Of a stretch of 64,000 nucleotides of DNA, positions 29,769 to 39,690 are shown piece by piece; position 1 is the stretch's first letter; each line of letters opens with the position of its first letter. The stretch is from Candidatus Wirthbacteria bacterium (GTDB taxonomy: Bacteria; Patescibacteriota; CG2-30-54-11), in the NCBI GenBank assembly GCA_903889905.1, contig CAISZI010000058.1, positions 6,160 to 70,159 of the forward strand, read 5' to 3'. The notes under the pieces were generated by a model. That model ran no database searches. It had not been told where the DNA came from and saw only the letters and a program-made list of their open reading frames with translations. The position numbers and the translations under genes were made by a program.

Positions 29769-31133
29769 TTACTTGTCGTCTGATTCCCACTTCAAGCGGT
29801 CAGGGTCATCGAATGCCGTTGATTTCCGGTCACCTGGTTGAGGTTCAGACTGCGTGCCAGTCGCAGGCTCCGTTTTGTCTGATTTACCACCAAAGCCACG
29901 CCGGATGCGTTGAATACTGGATCTGAGGCGACTGCGACGTTCGGCACGTTTTTTCTTTTTCTCCAAACGTTTACGAACTTCATCGGCAACTTTGCGTTGC
30001 TCAACTTCCTGTGTTTTTTCGTATTTGCGAATCAGTCTGCGGTTATATAATTTGAGGAAAAACCGAATCAGCATGGTCAGGATCAGAATGCCCCCCACAA
30101 TACCCAAAATCAGTTTCCAGGGAATGACCCAGAAATAGGTGGAAGCCACCAATTGGCGTTCCTGCTGGTTGGCGTCGTCATAGACAACAATCGCTTTGGC
30201 GCTATAACGCCCAAGGCGAAAGATATTCCAGTTTTTCCAGTTGATTTGTAACTGCGTTTTTTTCTGACCCTTCGCATCCGTCTGGGCCACACCGTTGGCA
30301 TCCACCAAAACCATACTCGTAATAAACGAATCCATCCAGTAGGATTGGTATTTGCGGATACTGCCCGGCAGGACAACACCTGCCTGTTCATTCATGTTGA
30401 AATTGCCAACGTTTTTGTCTTGCCAGTCATAGACAAAAATTGTCCCCGAAGGGGCAAAGTGAACGTTACCGGAATTTTGCATACGGACATAAAAATCCAC
30501 TGGCAGATATTCGTAAAGCTTTTTGCCTGTATAGAATTCCAGAATATTGCCTTCTACTTTGACATCACCCGAAACCGTAACCAGAATCAAACTGCCAAGT
30601 TGCCCCTGAAATCCCAGCGTCGTCGTGCCTGTAGTCGAACTGCCCTGCACCACATAAAAAATGCCGTAGTGTCCACCGGGCTCGGCATCGGATGGAACAT
30701 TGATCACATATTCAATATTGATGGAACCATTGGGTTCAATATCGTGCGGAGTTTTGTCAAACTCCATCCATTCTGCCAAATGATAACGGTAGGAATTGTC
30801 CATGGTATCCAGAATTTTGGGGTCGCCATTTTCCTGGTCATTGGCGGTAAAATTTTTGGTCGCCGGCGCTACCCCTTTGATGCCAATCTCCCCGTCGTTG
30901 CGGACTTTGATGGATCCGCGAATCTTCTGCCCGGGACTCGCGAAGTACTCTTTTTTGTTAGGGATAATAATCAGGTCAAATGGAGACTGGGCACTCGCCA
31001 GCTGCGGGAATGCCGCCAGCACAAACCCAAAACAACATGCAGCGGAAATCAGCGACAATAAAAACAGCGCCGCTCGTGTCTGTGGCTTTCCGGAGGTGAT
31101 TTGTTCTTTCATTTTTGTCCAGTTTGAAATCAT
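29769..31133 (-). CDS. Surface protein with signal peptide and C-terminal TM anchor; CscA/DUF916-DUF3324-like topology (paralog 2)
   Basis: Blocks EPGGHYGIFYVV...LILVTVSGDV...MQNSGNVHFAPSG align with the previous gene. C-terminal TM (LILGIVGGILILTMLI) followed by a long K/R/E-rich tail. Confidence 0.4.
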   Translation of the reverse strand: MISNWTKMKEQITSGKPQTRAALFLLSLISAACCFGFVLAAFPQLASAQSPFDLIIIPNKKEYFASPGQKIRGSIKVRNDGEIGIKGVAPATKNFTANDQENGDPKILDTMDNSYRYHLAEWMEFDKTPHDIEPNGSINIEYVINVPSDAEPGGHYGIFYVVQGSSTTGTTTLGFQGQLGSLILVTVSGDVKVEGNILEFYTGKKLYEYLPVDFYVRMQNSGNVHFAPSGTIFVYDWQDKNVGNFNMNEQAGVVLPGSIRKYQSYWMDSFITSMVLVDANGVAQTDAKGQKKTQLQINWKNWNIFRLGRYSAKAIVVYDDANQQERQLVASTYFWVIPWKLILGIVGGILILTMLIRFFLKLYNRRLIRKYEKTQEVEQRKVADEVRKRLEKKKKRAERRSRLRSSIQRIRRGFGGKSDKTEPATGTQSEPQPGDRKSTAFDDPDRLKWESDDK

Positions 31134-31188
31134 AACGTGTCAAATTTAGCACTAAGACTGGGCAAAGTCTACCTATTATTTTATCACC

Positions 31189-31226
31189 AAAACAAAATCC
31201 CCCCGGCCATATTTCTGGCCGGGGGG
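31189..31226 (-). terminator. Rho-independent terminator downstream of the 1642-aa surface-protein gene
   Basis: 11-bp GC stem ccccccggcca/tggccgggggg, with a U-run on the minus transcript (plus-strand aaaacaaaa 31189-31197). Confidence 0.6.
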
Positions 31227-31254
31227 ACTTGTGACTGAGATCGAAACTTCAATC

Positions 31255-34200
31255 CTAATACTGGGCGCTTAACATCAGGTCGAGTGTATCCTGGTAGTTG
31301 CCAGAGGTCTGGTCAGCATTGATACGGATCATGTATTCGAGCGAGATGTTGTCACGAGCAGTAGAGACGTCATCACGAGCCAGGGTCTGGAACTGAGTGG
31401 ACAAAGGACCGGGGTCTTTGTTGTTGGGCTCGCCACCCTGGAAGGATGGAGCGACGAGGGTTGCGCCATTGACACCACCTGCGGTGTTACCGGCATTGCC
31501 CCAACGGGTACTTTGGCTGTAGGCATAGATACCGAAGCCCAAGTCAGAGGTATCTACCCAAGCGCGGAAGGGACTCGTATTATCAACAGTTTCGTCACGG
31601 ATCTGCAGGGTATAGCCATCCGCAGCGTTGGTATTGATCTTGATATTGTGGCCGCGGAAGTCGCTGACGCCTGAGAGGTCTGTCTGATAACCAGCTGGAT
31701 CAATTCTCCAGGTGGTCTGGTTGTCTTTGAAGAAGTAGGAATTGACGCCAGGGGTCACGCTGGTTGTAATGTCAGTGTTGCCAATGGTATCGGTATGGTC
31801 GGTAATCGTGAATTGGGTATCCAAACCTTCAGCGGTGGACAATACCCACAATGTCGAGTTGGAAGCGCGGTCGATATTGGCGCGAACGTTTACGTCAGTA
31901 GAGTTGATGGCACGATACAGGTTCGTCAGCAGTTTGGCAGCACGTTGATCCTGTGTGGTACCCGTGATGGAGGCGTAAACGTTGTTGGAAGCAAGCGCGG
32001 CATCAGCAGCAACACGTTTGAAGTAGTAGTTGACGCCACGGATGGTGACATAGTCGCCGGTAGCAGGAATACAAGCTTCATTGGCACCTGGGCCGCAGTT
32101 CATCTTGATGGTGATTTTGCCGTATTCGGTTTTGGCACCACCCAGGCGATAGAAAGCGTTAGGTTCGAGTGCCCCGAAGTCGACGCCGAGTGTGTCACGG
32201 TCACCTTCAACCTTGGAGAAGGCAAGACCGCCGTTGATTTCGATTGCGAGGTTGGGGTCGACACCGGCCGAAACCGTGATCTGGTCGTTATCAACGATGT
32301 AGACGGAGGTATAAGCCGTATCAAGCTGTTTGACGGTTGAACTGATATCCGAATCATTGACAACGGTAACCGTTGTTGCAGTGTAATCAGCGAGATAACC
32401 CAGGGTAAAGGCAGCGGTGGAATCAGTCCAGGTCCAGTAGAAGGTAGGACGGTCACCCGCTGCGGCAGTCGCAGCAATTTCAAATTTACCTGATGTCGGA
32501 GTGTCATAGGCCACCGCGTAGTTCGCGGCCGGGGCAGTTTTGGGGAATTTGGCCAGCTTGAGTTCAGCCGTCAATTGGGTGGCAACGTTAGCACCAGACG
32601 TTGCAGTGTTACTCACAATGCCACCAGCTGAATCACCGATCATGTCAAGCAGATAGGTACCAGCAACAATATCTGAAGTCCAGAGACCATTGGTGTACAA
32701 ATCATGCTTGTTTTCGGTAACGCCTAAGGTGCGAGCAGCTGTGGAGTTGGCGGCATCAGCAAAGTTGATGCCGGCGTCAGCAGTACCCGTTGCTTTGGCT
32801 ATTGTGAATTTGTTCGTAGTTGCATTATAAGCGACATTATATGTGTCCGCAGCTGCGGTTGGAGAAGCACTAAACATCCAGCGGGCGCCCTTGGTATGAG
32901 CGACACCTACACCCAATGCAATGTTAATGTTATTGCTCAATGGTTGAGCTGCACCCGAAATCACTGTGCCAGGATACTGCCAGGTAGTACCACCGTCAAT
33001 GGACCAGTGGAAGGTTCCAGGCGTACCAGTGCCATCAATTTCAACCAGGTATTTAATGGTGGTTGTACCGGTGTAAGTGTTCGAAGGGCCCGGTGTAGTG
33101 ATAGTAAGGCCAGCCACGCCGCCCGAACCAGTCCCTGTGAACGTTTTGGTAATAGTACCGCCGGTTGAAATAGTTTCTGTGTCATTGCAATTACTTAATG
33201 CAGTTGCAATGCCTGTTGCTGCTGCAGCACCAGCCAGCTCCGTCCCATTCACAATGCCACCACCACTATTGCTGACCAGGTCGCAGTTGGCATACGTACC
33301 GTCACCATTTAAGTCAACTGAGAGCAGGGCATTGATTTGTCCAGGTTGATCCGTAGTTGTACCTGTAACGGCATCATTGTTGGGTACAACATGGTCCGAG
33401 GTAAAGCCCAGATATGCGGCTGCCGTTGACGCTGTATCGCTGCTACCTGTGGCAATGAATGTGGCCGTGCCCCCAGCGTTGGTATCTTTGATCGTAAACA
33501 AGTTAGTGGTTGCGCTATAGGTAACGGTATAGGTATTTACACCAATGGCATTAAAAGTTGTTTGCAATGACGTAGCAACTGCCGCGCCAGTAATGAATGT
33601 ACCGGAGACAATGCCATTAGCGATAATGTTGAGACTTGTGTCGGCAGGGCCAACACCAGCCAATTTGTAACGTAAGGTATCATTGATGCCCGTCACGAAT
33701 TTGAATTGATCGTTAAAGACGAAGCGGCCAGCACCATTGGGGTTCCAGACAATACCAGAGTTACTGCCGACAGAGAAATCCCAGTAGTCACCGATCGTCC
33801 CGGTAAATGTCCAGCGGTCACCCACCTGATGAAGGGTTGTCGTTGTGTTAAAAGTAATTTTAACGCCTTCAGACAGAGGCAATTCATTCGTACTCAGAAT
33901 TGGTTGAGCCTGCTGAACCCAGGTGGTCCCACCGTCTTTGGACCAGCGGTAATTGTCGTAAGCAGTACCATTCTGTCCGCCGACGCCAGCAACACCACCG
34001 GAAAGGGATTCAATTTCAACACGGTAGTTGTTATTGGATGTACCCAAATAGGTACCAGAGGTGGTCAGGGTACCGGTGCCTGTTATTACGGGGGTTGAAG
34101 CGCTGATCGTTGGCCCAGCGTGTCCTGTCGTCGCGGCAAAAGTCACCGTGATGCCATTGGAAAGTTTCTGGGCGGCGCCCGTCATGGGCACATAATTGGC

Positions 34201-36183
34201 ATTCCAGTTGACACCAGCATCATCAGACCAGCGGATAGTATCAGTCGTACCAGCACTGTCAACTTGTACACGATAATTCATATTGGTTGCGTTGGTCGCG
34301 GTAGCACTCGTTGTGATGTCGCTCAAACCAGCACCTGTATGCACGGGAGAGGTTGGCGCTGAACGGGCAAAAGTCAGTTGTGAAGAAGAAAACGTTCCTG
34401 CAGCAATCTGGTACATGCCGGTCGTGGCAGGATTATAAATTTGTTGTTTACCGGTCTGAAGAGGAGAAGTTCCTTCATTGGTATTGCGGCCAATTTTGAC
34501 CTGCACATATTGTCCAGCGGCGATGCCAGTAGCATCCAGGTGAAAAAGGATGGAGTTGGCAGGAGTGGGATTGTGGGGATTGCAATACACGTTGACACCG
34601 TCAACACCGCTTAGGGTACGCAGAGTAAGGGTGTTGAAAGTGCCGTCTGTGCTGACAGCAAAGTCAACGTCTGTGAAAACCAAGTCGGTAGGAATCACAA
34701 ATCCGCTTGGGAATGTGATGACAACCTGACCAAAAGCGGGCACGGCCTGGGCGGTTTTGAAGCTAAGGGTATGGTCAGCAGCCACTAGCACGGCAGTTGT
34801 ACGTCCGTCTTTGGGTACGTTGTTGACCATGTCGATCGTGGGCAAGAAGTCCTGACCAGGAAAAGATGCCATGTGAACATAGGATTCTGTACCCGTTACA
34901 CCGCTGGAAACAACGGTGAACTTATTGGCACTACCCAAACCAAGTGATGTGACCGCGACATTGGCAGCGTTGTAGTCAACAGAAGCAGTTGCCGGATTGG
35001 TAGGAATATAACCTGCCCACAGGGACGAGATGTTTCTTTCGAGCATGCCATCAAGTCCGGGAGGAGTGGCGTTCCAAGCTCCGTGACCGATATAGTTACC
35101 AGCTGTAACCGTAATGGTTTCCGAACCGTTGGAGCTCTGTCCATCAAGGTCAAGGGTAAATTTATCATTGACACCCGTAATGATCGTGAACTGGGTTTCG
35201 TTGGGGCTGATGGCAGCCGTCGAGCGAACCGCGACAGTGTTAGCGGCGATGAAACCAAGCGTCGAAGTAGCCGTGCTGGTTGCGTCAGCCCAATAGATCG
35301 TGGGATTAATGGCGTTACCACCATCACCACGGATATTGAAGCGGTTGATATAGTCACCTGGTTCAGCAGAAGTGACGCCCGTTCCGTTGTTGGGCACATC
35401 TAAAGTAGAGGTAAAACCCAAATACAGGGCAGCGGTAGATAACGCGTCACCACTACCTGCAATATCAATACCGTTGACCCATAAGTTTTTGACAATCTTA
35501 AATTTCTGTGTTGCAGGGATGTAACTAACGGTATAAGTTTCACCACCGGCGTCCTTGGCAATCAAGGCCGTCTGGAGAGCAGCGGCAACATTCTGACCCG
35601 TGTAAGCAACGTGTGCCGTGAGGCCACCATCAGTGATCAGGCTTAAGGAAGCGTTCGCACCCGCTAAAGCGGCTGTATTGTAACGGAGGGTGTCATTGAC
35701 GCCCAGGGAAAACACATAGCTGTTGGTAGCAGAGTCAGCATAGGAGACCGTATAGGAATCGGACGCATGTCCGCCAATACCAGCTTGCAAAGCGGTTGCG
35801 ACTGCTTTGGCGACGTCCTGGCCCGAATAGGGCAACCCAGAGCTCAGGCCACCATTGGCGTGAGGCAAACCGCCATGCAATGCAGTGGTCAAATAGACAA
35901 TCGAATCACCACCTGTGGTGCAGTTCCCCGGAGTATGTGCACCAACGCCATCGTTGACGCAAATCTGGTCGTGCGCGTTATCGAATACGAATTTGGAACG
36001 GATCGGCGCATTACTTTCTGCATACCCGTTGGTAGCCGAACCAGTACCAGAACGTTTGATACGTGAAAGGCTGTCCTGGAATTCAGTCAGACGCCCATCG
36101 GCGCTACTGATTGACAGTGTCAGGTTGGACAATGTCATGGCGGCAATCACCAGCACCGCGAATTTTCTAAATACTTTTTTCAT
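31255..36183 (-). CDS. Giant (1642 aa) secreted surface protein with WxL-like C-terminal domain (candidate)
   Basis: Signal peptide MKKVFRKFAVLVIAAMTLSNLTLS. Highly repetitive T/G/S/N-rich beta-type sequence. No C-terminal TM. The last ~170 aa align with the C-terminus of the 36599-39646 protein (IKINTNAADGYTLQIRDET / LTISTNVGQGYMVTVEHDG; SLEYMIRINADQTSGNYQDTLDLMLSAQY / YVLYKIEISPSLLPGLYQNQITYFATATY). Confidence 0.5.
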   Translation of the reverse strand: MKKVFRKFAVLVIAAMTLSNLTLSISSADGRLTEFQDSLSRIKRSGTGSATNGYAESNAPIRSKFVFDNAHDQICVNDGVGAHTPGNCTTGGDSIVYLTTALHGGLPHANGGLSSGLPYSGQDVAKAVATALQAGIGGHASDSYTVSYADSATNSYVFSLGVNDTLRYNTAALAGANASLSLITDGGLTAHVAYTGQNVAAALQTALIAKDAGGETYTVSYIPATQKFKIVKNLWVNGIDIAGSGDALSTAALYLGFTSTLDVPNNGTGVTSAEPGDYINRFNIRGDGGNAINPTIYWADATSTATSTLGFIAANTVAVRSTAAISPNETQFTIITGVNDKFTLDLDGQSSNGSETITVTAGNYIGHGAWNATPPGLDGMLERNISSLWAGYIPTNPATASVDYNAANVAVTSLGLGSANKFTVVSSGVTGTESYVHMASFPGQDFLPTIDMVNNVPKDGRTTAVLVAADHTLSFKTAQAVPAFGQVVITFPSGFVIPTDLVFTDVDFAVSTDGTFNTLTLRTLSGVDGVNVYCNPHNPTPANSILFHLDATGIAAGQYVQVKIGRNTNEGTSPLQTGKQQIYNPATTGMYQIAAGTFSSSQLTFARSAPTSPVHTGAGLSDITTSATATNATNMNYRVQVDSAGTTDTIRWSDDAGVNWNANYVPMTGAAQKLSNGITVTFAATTGHAGPTISASTPVITGTGTLTTSGTYLGTSNNNYRVEIESLSGGVAGVGGQNGTAYDNYRWSKDGGTTWVQQAQPILSTNELPLSEGVKITFNTTTTLHQVGDRWTFTGTIGDYWDFSVGSNSGIVWNPNGAGRFVFNDQFKFVTGINDTLRYKLAGVGPADTSLNIIANGIVSGTFITGAAVATSLQTTFNAIGVNTYTVTYSATTNLFTIKDTNAGGTATFIATGSSDTASTAAAYLGFTSDHVVPNNDAVTGTTTDQPGQINALLSVDLNGDGTYANCDLVSNSGGGIVNGTELAGAAAATGIATALSNCNDTETISTGGTITKTFTGTGSGGVAGLTITTPGPSNTYTGTTTIKYLVEIDGTGTPGTFHWSIDGGTTWQYPGTVISGAAQPLSNNINIALGVGVAHTKGARWMFSASPTAAADTYNVAYNATTNKFTIAKATGTADAGINFADAANSTAARTLGVTENKHDLYTNGLWTSDIVAGTYLLDMIGDSAGGIVSNTATSGANVATQLTAELKLAKFPKTAPAANYAVAYDTPTSGKFEIAATAAAGDRPTFYWTWTDSTAAFTLGYLADYTATTVTVVNDSDISSTVKQLDTAYTSVYIVDNDQITVSAGVDPNLAIEINGGLAFSKVEGDRDTLGVDFGALEPNAFYRLGGAKTEYGKITIKMNCGPGANEACIPATGDYVTIRGVNYYFKRVAADAALASNNVYASITGTTQDQRAAKLLTNLYRAINSTDVNVRANIDRASNSTLWVLSTAEGLDTQFTITDHTDTIGNTDITTSVTPGVNSYFFKDNQTTWRIDPAGYQTDLSGVSDFRGHNIKINTNAADGYTLQIRDETVDNTSPFRAWVDTSDLGFGIYAYSQSTRWGNAGNTAGGVNGATLVAPSFQGGEPNNKDPGPLSTQFQTLARDDVSTARDNISLEYMIRINADQTSGNYQDTLDLMLSAQY

Positions 36184-36231
36184 TTTTTGTCTCCTTTTGT
36201 TTTTTTGACTGATTTATGATTTATGTGAAGG

Positions 36232-36402
36232 TTATTTGACAAACCGTTCTTCCCTAAACGACAGTACCCGCTCGACCAGCGGGATAGGGATAAATTGCAA
36301 CTGCGCTTCCCTGGGGCGTAACAACTCTTTGTAGTTCTCGATCAGCCACTGCAATTTGCGTTGCTTTTTTGCTTTGGTATTTGTTTTTTTGGTAGCTGCC
36401 AT
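36232..36402 (-). CDS. Possible small basic protein (56 aa) between the two giant surface-protein genes
   Basis: ATG preceded by GGAG. Translation is MAATKKTNTKAKKQRKLQWLIENYKELLRPREAQLQFIPIPLVERVLSFREERFVK. Below the ORF-track size cut-off. No homology recognised. Confidence 0.25.
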   Translation of the reverse strand: MAATKKTNTKAKKQRKLQWLIENYKELLRPREAQLQFIPIPLVERVLSFREERFVK

Positions 36403-36598
36403 CGCGGCTCCTGTTTATGACTAATCATTTAATTGTATCGCCCTTCATCTTCTCCGTCAATGCCTATATGGAGGATTTGTGGAGAGCTGGATACACATGG
36501 GTATTCGTTTAATTATACCAAAAAAAGCCCCCTTGTGAAGAGGGAGCTTGAATTATGGTTACTTTCAACCTTTTATGACCTTTGCCCTTGTGACTTAT

Positions 36599-39500
36599 TT
36601 AATACGTTGCAGTCGCAAAATAAGTAATTTGATTTTGATAAAGCCCGGGCAAAAGCGATGGACTTATTTCAATTTTGTACAGCACGTAGGCTTTGTCTTC
36701 AAAAACTGCTGTGCCACTATACATAATTTCCTCAGGCAATGTGCTCAATCCGGCATATTTATTGGCAAATCCCCGGAAGCGCGCCGGGCCGTTGCCAACG
36801 TCGTGCAATGTCACAAAATCAGTGTGGTACCCGATTACCCCACCCGTTGTTGAAGCCCAATATGTCGGAGTGCTGTTGGGGGCACTAAACGGATCGATGG
36901 TATCCTGATTTTGCAGAACAGTTCTCATTGGGCCGTCATGTTCAACGGTAACCATATATCCCTGCCCCACATTGGTGCTGATCGTCAACTTGTGGGCACC
37001 AATTTTGGGAGTATGAATGCTTAATATGCCGAAATCAACGGTATCACTGTCTGTACTGATGTCGGTCGTTTCCTTTTCCAAAAGGCCAGACCCGAGATTG
37101 AGTGTTCCTGCAGGAACACCCTCGATATAAAAATTAAGCGAGGTAATGACCAGCACACTGGTGATCGGGCCCCAAGCCCCTTCATTTCCAACCTTATCGC
37201 GAACTCGTAGCTGAAGATAGTACATTCCTGCCCGCTGAAATCGCAAATCCTGAGTCCAGGTGGTCACGTTACCCAGCCAGCGCTTGGCTATAAAATCATC
37301 ACCATTTACGGAGGTACCGATACGGATATAATATCCGTCCACTCCACTGCGATCATAAACGCCAGCCCATTGCCAGGTCGGGGTGACATCAGTCGTTGCT
37401 TGTGGGCCAATGATCACCGGGCCATCAGGAGCATCGCGGTCGTCATACTGGTAACCATCAAACAGTTGATAATTGGTCGAGGCAAGCGCCGAGCTCGCAA
37501 CCTGTCCCAACGAATCGCAAATCTGATAGCTGGGAGAACTTTTGCATGGACCTGTCGTATTGATCAAGCCGCCATGAATATAGGAATCACTCGCAAGATA
37601 CCAATCTGTGCCCTGGGAGTCAGACGCGGCTCCCTGGAGAGAACCGACAAACAGGTATTCCCGGCCGGCAGAATGAATCGCTGCTACAGCTGTAACATCA
37701 TTGCTGCGCAAAGGCGGGACACTGGCAGTCGTATAATTATTAATATTGCTGTCGGCACTCTGGACATCAATATTGGACTGGGTTACATAATTCCCAACCA
37801 TCCCCAGTTTAATCACGGAAACAGCCCCGCCACCGACATTGTCATTCGTTCCAACCCACATGATTCGTCCATCACGCGTCACATTTAAATCAGCAACTTC
37901 ATTGGTTGTCCCGCTGAGCAGTTTCGGGTACGGGCTGATGCGGGCGGCATTGGATTTGGAATAAATGGCCCAGGCATTCTGCGGTGTTAAGGCAGCGCCC
38001 GTCACCATCAACTCGTCCAACCCGCCATTGAAATACTCGGCGCCGCTGTGATCGCGTCCGATATTGAGCACAGCATTGGTGCCACTGATTGATCCAGAAG
38101 TCACCAGACCTGAGTTGTGGGCGGCTTCAATGCCATTGACATACAACGTCAAGGCTGACCCCGGCGCCCAAACCAGAGCAAATTGAGTCCAGTTATTATT
38201 ATCGACCGAACTGATGGATTGGACGGTATCCCAGTTTGATCCGTCATCTGAGACACGGCCGCCCAGCTTCCCGGCAGTATCGATATAGAGCTGGTAACCA
38301 ATTCTAATGCCGTCTGTCCGGTCAATTATTTTGACCTGGCCACCGGCAGTTGATCCCTGTTTAAACCAACCAGTAATCGAAAAACAACCTGTTCCGAAAT
38401 CAAAATTGGCATTGTAATTTTGCGACAGATATTGTGAGGACGACGAAGTAAATGAAATTCCATATCCGCGGACTCCTGACGCTGACCGGTTAATACCGCT
38501 GTTCACACTTAAATTATTGCCCTTGCCACTTTTATCAAGAAAATTTCCAGCTGCTTCTTCAAATGTCCACGTCCCCCTGACACTTCCAGGCATCTCTTCG
38601 GTGATATAATCTTTGGTGAAATACTTGACTGAACCTGTATTTTCACTACCAATCGGGCCTTCATTGATCACGGCTACCCCTTTGCTGCTGCCAACGTAAA
38701 TCGTATTGCGTGCAGGACCAATGGTACTGGTATTGACGGTTGCCTTGAGCGGATAGACAGTCGCATTGACGTTTTCCTGCAAGGCCGGCAAGGAAGAAGT
38801 AGAATATTTTGCCGCCGGTGTGCCTTGGTCGCTGCTATCACCCTGAATATTGTAAAAAACATCAATTTCACCCGTTGTCTGATTACTGAAATACAGGGAT
38901 CCGTCACTGTTCAATGCCACTTTGTTGATATTGTCGCTAGATGAGGCGGAATAATAATTGTGAACCTGATCCGTTGCTTCATTGATCACACTCACACCTG
39001 TCGCAGTGGCCAGTGCAAGATAATTCAAACCGGCGATCGTCGCGATACTGACGTCATGCACGTCGTTGCTGGCAATCTGTGAGACAGCCTCCGGGGTCCA
39101 GCTTGCGTTGCGATTACGCCCTTCGATGGCGGTCTTGGAGGAAAATTTATTCACCGTGCTGTAGTAAAATGCCTTGTCCAGAACAAAATCCAAGACGGTG
39201 AGTCTTGATGTGGAAGTGACGAAAATCTTGCCATCATGCGCGACAACTCCCGTGATTGTGCTGCTGTCCAGCATATTGTTGGCCGCTTTGTTAAAACGCA
39301 TCCAGAACATATGGCTTTCGGCATTAATAATGTCCAGGCTGGCATCGGTCACGACCAAGTAGGCATAACGCGGGAAATCGGTTTCTTTGCCACGTGTACA
39401 GGGTTGGGCACACGTTTCGCCAAACCAGCTGGTCTTCTGTGCATGCAAATCCTTGCGCCAGGCTCCCTGATCGGCATCAAGATCGGCATTATAAACATAA

Positions 39501-39646
39501 GCATGGCGTACGTTATTATCCCCCAATGTATAATTCCCTTGACTGTCGGGAAGTGAGGTATCATAGGTAAAAGCCTCTGCATTTGTTAAGGGAAGCAGAG
39601 TGAATAGAAGAAAAACACAAGCAAAGTAATAAATTTTGTTACGCAC
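36599..39646 (-). CDS. Large (1015 aa) secreted protein with LamG/concanavalin-like domain and WxL-like C-terminal domain (candidate)
   Basis: Signal peptide. Central LamG-like block (FDFGTGCFSITGWFKQ...LTLYVNGIEAAHNSG...NIGRDHSGAEYFNGGLDELMV). C-terminal ~170 aa homologous to the C-terminus of the 31255-36183 protein. No TM anchor. Confidence 0.5.
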   Translation of the reverse strand: MRNKIYYFACVFLLFTLLPLTNAEAFTYDTSLPDSQGNYTLGDNNVRHAYVYNADLDADQGAWRKDLHAQKTSWFGETCAQPCTRGKETDFPRYAYLVVTDASLDIINAESHMFWMRFNKAANNMLDSSTITGVVAHDGKIFVTSTSRLTVLDFVLDKAFYYSTVNKFSSKTAIEGRNRNASWTPEAVSQIASNDVHDVSIATIAGLNYLALATATGVSVINEATDQVHNYYSASSSDNINKVALNSDGSLYFSNQTTGEIDVFYNIQGDSSDQGTPAAKYSTSSLPALQENVNATVYPLKATVNTSTIGPARNTIYVGSSKGVAVINEGPIGSENTGSVKYFTKDYITEEMPGSVRGTWTFEEAAGNFLDKSGKGNNLSVNSGINRSASGVRGYGISFTSSSSQYLSQNYNANFDFGTGCFSITGWFKQGSTAGGQVKIIDRTDGIRIGYQLYIDTAGKLGGRVSDDGSNWDTVQSISSVDNNNWTQFALVWAPGSALTLYVNGIEAAHNSGLVTSGSISGTNAVLNIGRDHSGAEYFNGGLDELMVTGAALTPQNAWAIYSKSNAARISPYPKLLSGTTNEVADLNVTRDGRIMWVGTNDNVGGGAVSVIKLGMVGNYVTQSNIDVQSADSNINNYTTASVPPLRSNDVTAVAAIHSAGREYLFVGSLQGAASDSQGTDWYLASDSYIHGGLINTTGPCKSSPSYQICDSLGQVASSALASTNYQLFDGYQYDDRDAPDGPVIIGPQATTDVTPTWQWAGVYDRSGVDGYYIRIGTSVNGDDFIAKRWLGNVTTWTQDLRFQRAGMYYLQLRVRDKVGNEGAWGPITSVLVITSLNFYIEGVPAGTLNLGSGLLEKETTDISTDSDTVDFGILSIHTPKIGAHKLTISTNVGQGYMVTVEHDGPMRTVLQNQDTIDPFSAPNSTPTYWASTTGGVIGYHTDFVTLHDVGNGPARFRGFANKYAGLSTLPEEIMYSGTAVFEDKAYVLYKIEISPSLLPGLYQNQITYFATATY

Positions 39647-39690
39647 GATAGGTGAAACTTTGCTGAAAAATTAAAGGCACGTCGAATATT

